From assembly GCA_963771275.1 (NCBI GenBank), contig CAVYSW010000010.1, forward strand, positions 1-64,000: a stretch of DNA of 64,000 bases, written 5' to 3'. Made by a program: the position numbers and the translations under genes. This DNA is from an uncultured Gemmatimonadales bacterium. Lineage in GTDB: Bacteria; Gemmatimonadota; Gemmatimonadetes; Gemmatimonadales; GWC2-71-9. This document shows, one piece after another, positions 20,655 through 29,326 of this stretch. The notes under the pieces were generated by a model. The model saw only the letters and a list, made by a program, of their open reading frames with translations. It did no database searches and was not told the origin of the DNA. Position 1 is the stretch's first letter. Every line of letters starts with the position of its first letter.

Positions 20655-21734
20655 GTGAGGAAGCTTACCAAGGGTTCGAGGCTGACGGCGGGTTTGGATG
20701 TGGGAGATCGGCAGAGCCGGTTGGTGGTGTTGGACGCGGAGGGTCAGGGGGTGGAAGAGGGACGAATGGCGACGCGGGAGCCGGCTTTGGCAGCGTTTTC
20801 CCGGATGTGAGCGGATGCGCATAGCTCTGGAGACGGGGACGCATTCGCCGTGGGTTTCTCGTCTGCTGATGGAATGCGGACATGAGGTAATCGTGGCCAA
20901 CTCGCGCAAGCTTCGGTTGATCTACGAGAATCGGCGCAAGGACGATCGGGTGGACGCGCTGTCTCTGGCGCGGCTGGCGCGAGTGGACCCACAGCTGCTT
21001 TCGCCTGTGGAGCATCGCGGGCCGGAAGTGCAAAAGGACCTGGCGCTCTTGCGCTCGCGCGACGCCCTGATCCGCGCTCGCACTCAGCTGATCAATCACG
21101 CTCGGGGAGCGGTGAAGTCCCTGGGACACAGGCTGCCCTCTGCCTCGAGCCGGGCGTTCCCAAAGAGGGTCCTCGAGAACGATGCCGGAGTCTGTTCAAC
21201 CGGCGTTGCTGCCGGTTCTGGAGATCGTCACTTCCCTCAACGATCAGATCAAAGTTCTGGACCGCAAGGTGGAGACATTGTGCCGGGAGAGCTATCCGGA
21301 GACGAAGCTTCTTCGGCAGGTGACGGGAGTCGGGCCGATCACTGCCCTGGGCTATGTGCTGATCCTCGAGCAGCCGGCTGGATTCGCGAGCAGCTCGCGC
21401 GGTGGGGCCCTATCTCGGGCTGGTTCCCGGAAGAAAGCAGTCGGGAGACTCGGACCCTCAGATGCGAATCACCAAGGAAGGGGACTCGTTGCTGAGGCGA
21501 TTGATGGTCAACTCGGCTCACTACATCCTCGGGCCGTTCGGGCCGGACTCGGACCTGCGTCGCTTCGGACTGAAAATAGCCCGGCGCGGCGGCAAGAATG
21601 CCAAGAAGAGAGCCGTGATCGCCGTGGCGCGCAAACTGGCGGTGCTGCTCCATCACCTCTGGCGTTGCGCGGAGGTCTACGACCCTCTCTACCAGGAAAA
21701 CCGGAAAGCCAGCCGTCGCGGGAAAGCCGCATAA
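20655..21734 (+). CDS. IS110 family transposase/recombinase (DEDD RuvC-like + Tnp20), with indels
   Basis: AGLDVG, IALETG, RKDDRVDA, QVTGVGPITA, YLGLVPGRKQSGD, ITKEGD, AVIAVARKLAVLL. Confidence 0.95.
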
Positions 21735-21935
21735 AAATCGGAAAGTCACTCACCCTGCTAAGGAAAAGACGGACGAGCCTTGAGCCACACGCAACCCAGG
21801 AAGAGAGACGAGTCCATCGCCCAGTCCCGGCGACTGCGCATCGCCTCCAGTTCCGTCTGGAGCTCCCAAGCTCCACCGAGAACGTCCCGGAGATTGCAGC
21901 GCCCGACTGGATGGACCCCAGCATGCATCGGCCCG
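21735..21935 (+). ncRNA. Putative IS110/IS1111 bridge (seek) RNA, target-binding loop part; truncated
   Basis: CATCGCCTCC (21839-21848) and CGTCCCGGAG (21883-21892) match the two halves of the target on opposite strands, enclosed by a CTGC/GCAG stem with an inner CTCCAG/CTGGAG hairpin. Confidence 0.65.
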
Positions 21936-21968
21936 TGGTCGCGGGACGGCGTGACGACGCGGCGCCGC

Positions 21969-23354
21969 TCACGGCGGGCCGCCGGCGCTGTCGCGCGTGA
22001 AGATCCAGTACGGCATGCCGAGGGTCCGGCCGATCGTTTCCGCCTCGTCCCGGGACGCGTACGGCCCGACGACCACGCGGTACATCTCGTCCGCTGTGGT
22101 CGGCGGCAGGACGCTGGCGCGCACGCCGGCGCTCCGGAGGTCGCGTGCCAGGCCGTCCGCCCACTGCGCGTTGGAGGTGCTGCTCACCTGCAGGTAGATC
22201 TCCCGGCCCACCGCCGCCGCCGCCGCCGGCCCGGGCGCCGGGCGCGCCGCCAGCTGCAGCGCCGGCCGCCGCGGATCCCACGGCACAATCAGCCAGCGGT
22301 CAGCCGCCCCGTCGCGCACCCGCCCGCGCTCCTTGCCGTCGTCCGGGCCGAGCGCCACGACGTCCGCCCCACGGCGGACCAGCAGCGTGCCGTCCGGCCC
22401 GGTCGCCGGCAGATCGTCCTGCCAGGAGCCCGGCACCACCCGGGCGGTGTCGCCGCCCAGCGGGATGAGCAGCGCGGCGTCGTCGGTCCGACCCAGCAGG
22501 AAGTGCCCGAACGGATCGGCGCGCAGCGCCGTCACCGGTGCGGCCGTCTCGATCCTCCCGACTCGGGTCAGCTCGAACCGGTCGAATACTTCGATGTCGG
22601 GCGCGTCCGTGGCGACGTAGAGGCGATGGCCCGACGCCGAGAACGTCACCGCCAGCGGGGCACCGCGGAGCCGGAGGCGCTGCGGCGGCCCGCCGCGCTC
22701 GAGGTCGACCACCGTCACGGCCGAATCGGTCACCACCGCGGCGACGTCGCCCCACGGCGCCACGACGAGCTGCCCCGCAGGCACGGGTCGCCGGCCGGCG
22801 AGCGCGCCCGCCGACGCCGTGTACAGGGCCTGCGCGCCTGACTCGGCCACCGCCACCAGGCCGCGCCCTCCCGTCGTGCCCCACACGCCGGCGAGCGTGG
22901 TGCCCTGGGGCGCCCGCCCCAGCGGCGCGAGCCGGCGCGCGTCGAACCGGTCGGCGCTCTGATCGAGGTGCCCCACCAGCACGCCCCCGGTGGGCCCGAG
23001 CGTGGCGAACGTCACCCCCGTGTCGGCCGTCCGGGCGCGTCCCGACGCGAGGTCGAGCGCGAGCAGCTGGCGGCCGGGCGACACCACGTAGACGGCGTCC
23101 TCGTCCACCGCGTAGCCCACCACGCGCCCCGCCACGAGCCCCGGCGTGTCGAACCGCCACGCCACGGCGTCGAGGTCCGGCAGCCGGTACAGCCGCACGT
23201 CCGCGCCGCGGCGGGCCGCAAACCGGAGGGCGACGGCGCCGGCGTCGTCGGGGGCCCGCGTGGCGACCGCCTCGCGCAGCTGCCTGGTTTCGGGGGAGGT
23301 GCCGCACGCGGAGGTCAGCAGCAGCAGGGCGGCGATCGAGCGGCCGTTCAGCAC
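21969..23354 (-). CDS. Lipoprotein with beta-propeller-like region and C-terminal SPOR domain
   Basis: Lipobox LTSAC; C-terminal IYLQVSS...YRVVVGPYASRDEAE. Confidence 0.8.
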   Translation of the reverse strand: MLNGRSIAALLLLTSACGTSPETRQLREAVATRAPDDAGAVALRFAARRGADVRLYRLPDLDAVAWRFDTPGLVAGRVVGYAVDEDAVYVVSPGRQLLALDLASGRARTADTGVTFATLGPTGGVLVGHLDQSADRFDARRLAPLGRAPQGTTLAGVWGTTGGRGLVAVAESGAQALYTASAGALAGRRPVPAGQLVVAPWGDVAAVVTDSAVTVVDLERGGPPQRLRLRGAPLAVTFSASGHRLYVATDAPDIEVFDRFELTRVGRIETAAPVTALRADPFGHFLLGRTDDAALLIPLGGDTARVVPGSWQDDLPATGPDGTLLVRRGADVVALGPDDGKERGRVRDGAADRWLIVPWDPRRPALQLAARPAPGPAAAAAVGREIYLQVSSTSNAQWADGLARDLRSAGVRASVLPPTTADEMYRVVVGPYASRDEAETIGRTLGMPYWIFTRDSAGGPP

Positions 23355-23397
23355 GGTGGGAAGCTAGAAGGCCCCCAGAGCCGCGGCAAGCGCGGTG

Positions 23398-26300
23398 TCA
23401 GAAGGTGGGGCCGAGGCTGATCGTCCAGTACCAGCCGACGTCCTGCGCGCGCACGAGCGGCTTGGTGTAGTCGAAGCGGAAGACCGCGAAGCCCAGCAGG
23501 TTCAGCCGGGTGGAGAAGCCCCAGGAGGTGAGCGGCTGGCGGACCAGCGCCGGGTTGTCGTACGGGCCGCGGCTCCACACCACGCGCGTGCCCTGCTCCC
23601 ACGCCACGCCGGCGTCGAAGAAGATCGCGCCCTCGATCGGCGGGAACCACACGGGCAGGAACCCGAGCGCCAGCTGGCGGAACAGCGGGAACCGCAGCTC
23701 CGCGTTGAACAGGCCGAACCGCGTGCCGATCAGCTGATCGAGGCTCGCGCACCCGGTGAGGGTCGAGGTGGCGGACTCGACCGTGCACTCGTGGTTGCGC
23801 AGCGACCCCACGGTGTAGCCGCGGATGAAGTCCGTGCTGCCCAGCGCCACCCGGTACTGCGCCTCGTCGCGCCCGAACCGGCCGAAGAACATGGTGCGCG
23901 TCGCCAGCACGAACGGTCCGACGAGACGATCGTAGCGCCGGTAGTCCGCCAGAAACTGGTGGAATCGCACCTGCCCAATCGCGGGCGCGTACTCGAAGCG
24001 GCTCCGCCGGCCGAGCCACGGCCCGACGTACAGGGAGACCGAGTTGTCGAACACCATGGCGAGCGAGGGCTGCACGTACAGGTCATGGCCCAGGCCCTGG
24101 GTGAGGACGTCCTCGCCGAGAAACGCGCCGGTGAGCGGGTCGAACGTCTGGACGATCTGCTGCTGGGCGATCCCCACGTCCGTCAGGCGGAGCGCCAGCT
24201 CGATGCGGCGGAACCGGTCGAACGGGCGGTGGGCCTCGACGAACACGCGCCGCGTCATGTAGCGCGTGAACGAGAAGATCGAGGTCCCGAGTCCCAGCGA
24301 GTCGCCGTAGAAGCTGCCGGTGTAGAAGAACAGCGGGAATTGCTCGTAGCCCACGAGCCAGCCGGTGCGGTGCCCCTCGTTGCTGTAGGCGATCAGCGCC
24401 TGCGCCTCGTCCAGCCGCCCGTTGATCTGGGCGGCGAAGTAGGCGTGGCGGTTGGCGAGCAGGTCCGACAGGGCGATGGCGGCGCCGCCGTAGAACCCGT
24501 TCCCGAAGTTGTCGCGCGTGTAGCCGATCGCCGGCTGGGCGATGTAGTCGGGCGCGAGCCGGGCGGAGTAGCCGCGGTAGCTGAACTTCGCCGTGTCGGG
24601 CAGCGCGAGCGTGACGCTGTCGAGCAGGGCCTTGATCGATACCGGCTGCGCCTCCGCGGGCGCGGCGGCCGGGGCGGCGCCGGACGCGCGGATGCCCCCG
24701 CTCCCCCGGTAGAACGAGCCGGCCACCGGCGCCGCCCGCGCCGAATCCGCCCTGGCGGAGTCGGCCCCCGCCTGGCGCAGCGAGTCCGGGGCAAGCGTCA
24801 CGACGACGGCCGCCACGCTGTCGACCGGCGCGGACGGCGCCGCCGCCACGGCGGCCGGGGCCGCCGCCGGCGCCCACCGCTGGCGCTTGAGCGCGCGCGG
24901 GTCGTCGAGCGCATACACGTCGAACGTGAAGTCCTCGCCCTCGAACACCGAGAACACCAGCCGGTCGGCCTGCTGCGCCCAGGAGATGGCGGGAGACAGC
25001 TCCGTGATCCCCGTGACCGCCGTGAGGATGTTGGTGAGCTGGTACTCGGCGCCGTCGCCGAGATCGTACAGGAACACGTTCGCGATGCCCGTGCGGTCGG
25101 ACACGTAGGCGATCGAGCGGCCGTCGGGTGCCCACTGCGGGTTGATGTTGCGGCCGGTCATGCCGTCCAGCACCCGGATCGTGCCGCTGCCGAGGTCGTA
25201 CAGCGCAATCCGCAGCGGACCCATCTTGAGCTCGCCGAGGTCGGTGTCGGGCCCGCGGTCCGTCACGAAGGCGATCGTGCGGCCGTCGGGTGACCAGGCG
25301 GGCTGGAGGTCGGCGTACTTGTCCTCCGTCAGCCGCTGGAGGCCCGACCCGTCGACGTTCGCGACGAACAGATCGGACAGGCCGCCGTCGGAGCCGGTGA
25401 ACACGAGCTGGCGGCCGTCGGGCGACCAGCTCGGGGTGGACGCGCCGGCCAGCGGCACCGCGATGCGGCGGGACACCTTGTGGCGCTGCATGTCGAAGAT
25501 GACCAGGTCGTCGCGGCCGCCGTGCTTGGCGGCAATCGCGTAGGAGCGGCCGTCCGCGGACCACGACCCGGTGGAGTACACGTAGCGCAGGTTCTCGAGC
25601 TGGGTGCTGAAGGCGCTCTTCGAGAGCCGGCTCAGCACCCGCCCCGTCTCGGTCTCCGCCACCCAGAGATCGATGAAGAACGAGCGGCCCTCGGACAGGT
25701 AGGCGATCTGCGTGCCGTCGGGCGACACCGCCGGCGAGATGTGCATCGTCCCGCCGGTACGGCGGCGCGTCAGCGCGGGCCGCGCGATCATCCGGGCCGT
25801 CGCGAACTCCGCGATCGCCGGCAGGTACTGCTTGCGGACGGCGTAATGCCATTCCTCCGACAGCTCGTCGAGCGACATGTGGAGCGCGCGCCGGAAGCCG
25901 GCCTCCACGCCGGACGCGGCCACCTCGTGGAGGATCTCGCCGATCTTCTCGTCGCCCCACCGCTCGCCGATGAACGCCATCAGGGCGTGCCCGTAGCGGT
26001 ACGGGAACACGCTCGGGTCGTTCGTCATCTGGTCGATCGTCGGGAGGTGCCCCTCGAGCGCCGCGTTGCGGAGCCACGTGGCCGTCAGCGGGGTCACCGG
26101 CCCGAGCGACAGGTACTCGGCCATGCCCTCGAACAGCCACAGCGGCGGCTGCACGGCGATCAGCCGCTGCAGGCCCGCCCCGATCCGGCCGCGCGCGAAC
26201 ACGTCGTACTGGAACTGGTGCACCATCTCGTGCTGCAGCACGTGCTCGAAGTCGGCATACGCGCCGGTGAGCGGCAGCATGATCCGGTGGCGGTAAGCGT

Positions 26301-26634
26301 CGGTCACGCCCCCCGTCGCGTCGCCGATGTCGGTGATGTTGTTCTGCTGAAACTCGGTGTGCGACCCGAACAGAATGATCGGCTGCCGCTCGCGGTACTG
26401 GTGATTCAGCACGCGCGACAGCCGGCCGTACGCGCGCTCGGCCATCCGGGCCGCGTCGAGCGCCGCCGCCCGCTCGCCCTCGTAGAAGTACACGTCGAAG
26501 TGCTGCGTGGCGAGCACGGAGAACTTGAGGCGGCGGTACTGGACCTTGTTCTGGCCGAAGTACTGCGCGGCGGCGGGACCCGCGGCGCCGAGCAGGAGCA
26601 GCGTGGCGAGCCCGCCGATCACCAGTCGCTTCAT
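23398..26634 (-). CDS. Peptidase MA-like (HExxH) + PD40/TolB propeller + Omp85/BamA-type barrel protein
   Basis: QYFGQNKVQY, HEMVH...WLFEGMAEY, repeated P.WSPDG, IRGY, NAELRFP, FFDAG, C-terminal F. Confidence 0.88.
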   Translation of the reverse strand: MKRLVIGGLATLLLLGAAGPAAAQYFGQNKVQYRRLKFSVLATQHFDVYFYEGERAAALDAARMAERAYGRLSRVLNHQYRERQPIILFGSHTEFQQNNITDIGDATGGVTDAYRHRIMLPLTGAYADFEHVLQHEMVHQFQYDVFARGRIGAGLQRLIAVQPPLWLFEGMAEYLSLGPVTPLTATWLRNAALEGHLPTIDQMTNDPSVFPYRYGHALMAFIGERWGDEKIGEILHEVAASGVEAGFRRALHMSLDELSEEWHYAVRKQYLPAIAEFATARMIARPALTRRRTGGTMHISPAVSPDGTQIAYLSEGRSFFIDLWVAETETGRVLSRLSKSAFSTQLENLRYVYSTGSWSADGRSYAIAAKHGGRDDLVIFDMQRHKVSRRIAVPLAGASTPSWSPDGRQLVFTGSDGGLSDLFVANVDGSGLQRLTEDKYADLQPAWSPDGRTIAFVTDRGPDTDLGELKMGPLRIALYDLGSGTIRVLDGMTGRNINPQWAPDGRSIAYVSDRTGIANVFLYDLGDGAEYQLTNILTAVTGITELSPAISWAQQADRLVFSVFEGEDFTFDVYALDDPRALKRQRWAPAAAPAAVAAAPSAPVDSVAAVVVTLAPDSLRQAGADSARADSARAAPVAGSFYRGSGGIRASGAAPAAAPAEAQPVSIKALLDSVTLALPDTAKFSYRGYSARLAPDYIAQPAIGYTRDNFGNGFYGGAAIALSDLLANRHAYFAAQINGRLDEAQALIAYSNEGHRTGWLVGYEQFPLFFYTGSFYGDSLGLGTSIFSFTRYMTRRVFVEAHRPFDRFRRIELALRLTDVGIAQQQIVQTFDPLTGAFLGEDVLTQGLGHDLYVQPSLAMVFDNSVSLYVGPWLGRRSRFEYAPAIGQVRFHQFLADYRRYDRLVGPFVLATRTMFFGRFGRDEAQYRVALGSTDFIRGYTVGSLRNHECTVESATSTLTGCASLDQLIGTRFGLFNAELRFPLFRQLALGFLPVWFPPIEGAIFFDAGVAWEQGTRVVWSRGPYDNPALVRQPLTSWGFSTRLNLLGFAVFRFDYTKPLVRAQDVGWYWTISLGPTF

Positions 26635-27044
26635 CGGCTCCTCCCCGGCTCCAGCGCAAGGCAGGGCGCGTCCGCCCAGAGGCGCTCGAGCTGGTAGAAC
26701 TCCCGCGCGCTGGGGTGGAACACGTGGACCACGAAGTCCACATAGTCGAGCAGCACCCAGCGGCCCGCGGTCAGGCCCTCGGCGTGGTGCGCCGTCCGCC
26801 CCGCGCCGGCGAGCAGCTCCATGGCGTGCTCCGCCACGGCGCGGACGTGCGTGTCGGACGTGCCCGACGCGATCACGAAGAAGTCGGTCGCCTCGCTCAA
26901 CCCGCGCAGGTCCAGCACGACCACGTCCTGCGCCTTGCGCTCGGCGAGTGCCCCAGCGGCGAGACGGACTTCGCCTTCGGCAGCCTTCCCCTTCTTAGCG
27001 GCCCGGGACCGGATTTGTTCCTGGCGGCGGATGGCTCGACTCAG
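26631..27044 (-). CDS. rsfS: Ribosome silencing factor RsfS; probable CTG start
   Basis: KAQDVVVLDL, TDFFVIASGTSDTHV, WVLLDYVDFVVHVF, REFYQLERLWADA. Confidence 0.93.
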   Translation of the reverse strand: MSRAIRRQEQIRSRAAKKGKAAEGEVRLAAGALAERKAQDVVVLDLRGLSEATDFFVIASGTSDTHVRAVAEHAMELLAGAGRTAHHAEGLTAGRWVLLDYVDFVVHVFHPSAREFYQLERLWADAPCLALEPGRSR

Positions 27045-28882
27045 CTGGCGGTTGGGGACGGATCCTCGACCTGCCAGAATATACCCCACGCTCCGAGCCC
27101 GGTGTGGACGCCGAGTGCGGCGGTCACCTCGGCCACGATGCAGTCCTTCGGCGTGAACCGCGCCTGGATGTCGTCCTTGAGACGCCGGGCGATCTCCGGC
27201 ACGTGCGCGTGGACGATGCCGACGCGGAGCTGCCGTGGCCGCGGCGTGAGCCGCCGGTCGAGATGCCGCAGCACCCGCGGAATCAGCGCCTCCCGGCCGC
27301 GCACGCGGTCGAGCGGCACGATCCGCCCCTCGGCGCTCAGCTCGAGGATCGGCTTCACGTCGAGCAGCGTGCCCAGCCAGGCCCGCCCGCGCCCCACCCG
27401 GCCGGAGCGCAGCAGGTTCTCGAACGTGTCGACGGTGAACAGGGCGCCCGACTGGTCGCGCACCCGGGTGATCTCCCGCACCACGGCGTCGGCCGCCCAG
27501 CCCTGCTCGAGCAGCTCGGCCGCGAGCAGCGCCTGGAGCCCGAGCCCGAGGGAGGCCGAGCGCGAGTCGACCAGGCTGATCTTGCCGCGCAGCGCCTTCG
27601 CCGCGGCCTGCCCGGTGCCGAGCGTGCCGGACAGCACCCGCGCGATCAGGATCGCGATGGCCTCGTCGGCGGCGCTCAGCGCATCCTCGAAGCCCTGCAC
27701 GAACGCCGCGGGCGTGGGCTGGGAGGTCGTGAAGATCACGCCGTCGCCCATCCGCCGGTACAGCTCGTCGCGGCTGATCCCCACCCGATCGAGGTAGGTC
27801 GTGGCGCCCTCGATCACCTGCAGCGGCACGACGACGATGCCGTGGCGGTCCAGCGCCTCGTCGGGGAGGTCGCACGACGAATCGACCACGAGGGCGACGG
27901 GGCGCGTCCGCAGGCCTTCCCCGTGCAGGCTGCGCCGCTGCTCGCGCATGTCCTGCGCCTTGGTGGACTCGATCGTGCCCCACGCCGCCGCCAGCGCGAA
28001 CACGCGATCGGGCGTCTCGGTGTGCACGTGGACCTTGAGCAGGTCGCCGGTGCTGAGCACGACGATCGAGCCGCCGAGCGCCCGGAGCGCCGCGCGCACC
28101 TCCGTCGTGGGCGGGAGCTGCGCCGCGCGCACCAGGACCTCGGTGCAGAACCCGAAGTCCCGCTCGCTGGCGACCGCGGCCAGCGCGGCGGCGTCCGGCA
28201 CCGCGTAGTCGGCCGTGTGCTCGACAGGGACGATCGGATCGCCCTCGATGAACCGGACGATGCCCTCGAGCAGCAGCACGAACGCCTTTGCCCCGGCGTC
28301 CACCACGCCGGACTCCTTGAGCGCCTGCAACAGCTCGGGCGTCCGCGCCAGCGACGTCTCCCCGTGGTCCAGCAGGCGCCGCATCAGGTCCTCGAAGTTG
28401 TGCGTCTCCCCGGCGACCCGCTCGGCCTCGTCGGCCACGTCGCGGCTCACCGTGAGGATCGTGCCCTCCACGGGCTCGTCGAGCGATTCCGACAGCCGGA
28501 CCGCCCCGGCCCGGATCGCGCCCGCCACGTCGGTCGCGCTGGCCTGCGCGCGCCCGCCGAGGTACTCGCGGAAGCCCACCAGGAACTGCGACAGCAGAAT
28601 GCCCGAGTTGCCGCGCGCCGCGAGCACGCAGCTCTCCGCCATGGTGCGGGTGACATCGGGCAGCGAGGCGCGCTCGTGCAGCTGGCGCACGCCGTTGGCG
28701 ACGGCCCGCAGCGTCATGGCGAAGTTGGTGCCGGTGTCCCCGTCGGGCACCGGGAACACGTTGATGCGGTTCAGCTCGTCCCGCCCCGCGTCAACCCAGT
28801 CAGCCGCCGCGAGTAGCGACCGGCGCAGGCGCGGACCGTCGAGGTAGGCGATCCCGACGGGGAAGGGAACGGACGTGGTCAA
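27041..28882 (-). CDS. DAK2 (FakA-like) plus DegV (FakB-like) fusion protein
   Basis: LNRINVFPVPDGDTGTN, ARGNSG, EGTILTV, VDAGA, KVHVHT; then DSSCDLP, TTSQP, SGT, GRVG, DVKPIL, GVHTG. Confidence 0.9.
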   Translation of the reverse strand: MTTSVPFPVGIAYLDGPRLRRSLLAAADWVDAGRDELNRINVFPVPDGDTGTNFAMTLRAVANGVRQLHERASLPDVTRTMAESCVLAARGNSGILLSQFLVGFREYLGGRAQASATDVAGAIRAGAVRLSESLDEPVEGTILTVSRDVADEAERVAGETHNFEDLMRRLLDHGETSLARTPELLQALKESGVVDAGAKAFVLLLEGIVRFIEGDPIVPVEHTADYAVPDAAALAAVASERDFGFCTEVLVRAAQLPPTTEVRAALRALGGSIVVLSTGDLLKVHVHTETPDRVFALAAAWGTIESTKAQDMREQRRSLHGEGLRTRPVALVVDSSCDLPDEALDRHGIVVVPLQVIEGATTYLDRVGISRDELYRRMGDGVIFTTSQPTPAAFVQGFEDALSAADEAIAILIARVLSGTLGTGQAAAKALRGKISLVDSRSASLGLGLQALLAAELLEQGWAADAVVREITRVRDQSGALFTVDTFENLLRSGRVGRGRAWLGTLLDVKPILELSAEGRIVPLDRVRGREALIPRVLRHLDRRLTPRPRQLRVGIVHAHVPEIARRLKDDIQARFTPKDCIVAEVTAALGVHTGLGAWGIFWQVEDPSPTAS

Positions 28883-29322
28883 CCCTTGACCACCCAGACC
28901 CGCAGCTCGGGCCGCACGTCGTGGTGCAGCCGGATGGGCACCTTGTGGACGCCGATCAGCTTGATCGGCTCGGGCAGATCGATGATCCGCTTGTCGATCG
29001 GGTGCCCCAGCTCGGCGAGCTTGGCCGCGATGTCGGCCGAGGTGATCGAGCCGAACAGGCGGTCCCCCTCGCCGACCTTCGCCGTGAACGTCAGGTCGGC
29101 CGTGGCGAGCACCGCGGCCAGCTCCTCGGCGGCGGTCTTCTCCGAGGCCGCGACGTGCACGCGCCGCTTGGCCTCCGCGGCGATCCGCGCCTTGTTGCCC
29201 GCGGAGGCGGCGTAGGCCAGCCCGCGCGGGATCAGGTAGTTTCGGCCGTAGCCTTCCTTGACCGTCACGATCTCGCCCGCCCGGCCGAGGTCGGTAACGT
29301 CCTGTCGCAGAATCACATCCAT
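28879..29322 (-). CDS. rplI: 50S ribosomal protein L9
   Basis: MDVILRQDVTDLGRAGEIVTVKEGYGRNYLIPRG, LFGSIT. Confidence 0.98.
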   Translation of the reverse strand: MDVILRQDVTDLGRAGEIVTVKEGYGRNYLIPRGLAYAASAGNKARIAAEAKRRVHVAASEKTAAEELAAVLATADLTFTAKVGEGDRLFGSITSADIAAKLAELGHPIDKRIIDLPEPIKLIGVHKVPIRLHHDVRPELRVWVVKG

Positions 29323-29326
29323 GTGG

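Larger units (their letters stand above)
20568..21935 (+). mobile_element. IS110-family insertion sequence (IS1111-type layout: short left end, long downstream non-coding end), right end missing
   Basis: DEDD transposase, shift in base composition, interrupts a repeat; no inverted counterpart of the left-end ATGAGAAGGCC seen downstream. Confidence 0.85.

Noticed and set aside
19930..20658. C-terminal extension of the 1175-aa ORF through the TusA gene and repeat
   Set aside because: Caused by a frameshift; the barrel ends in another frame at 20087.
1..21734. Mass pseudogenisation or programmed frameshifting in segment 1
   Set aside because: Indels hit most genes, including normally essential murB, without accumulated in-frame stops; this fits uncorrected long-read error better.
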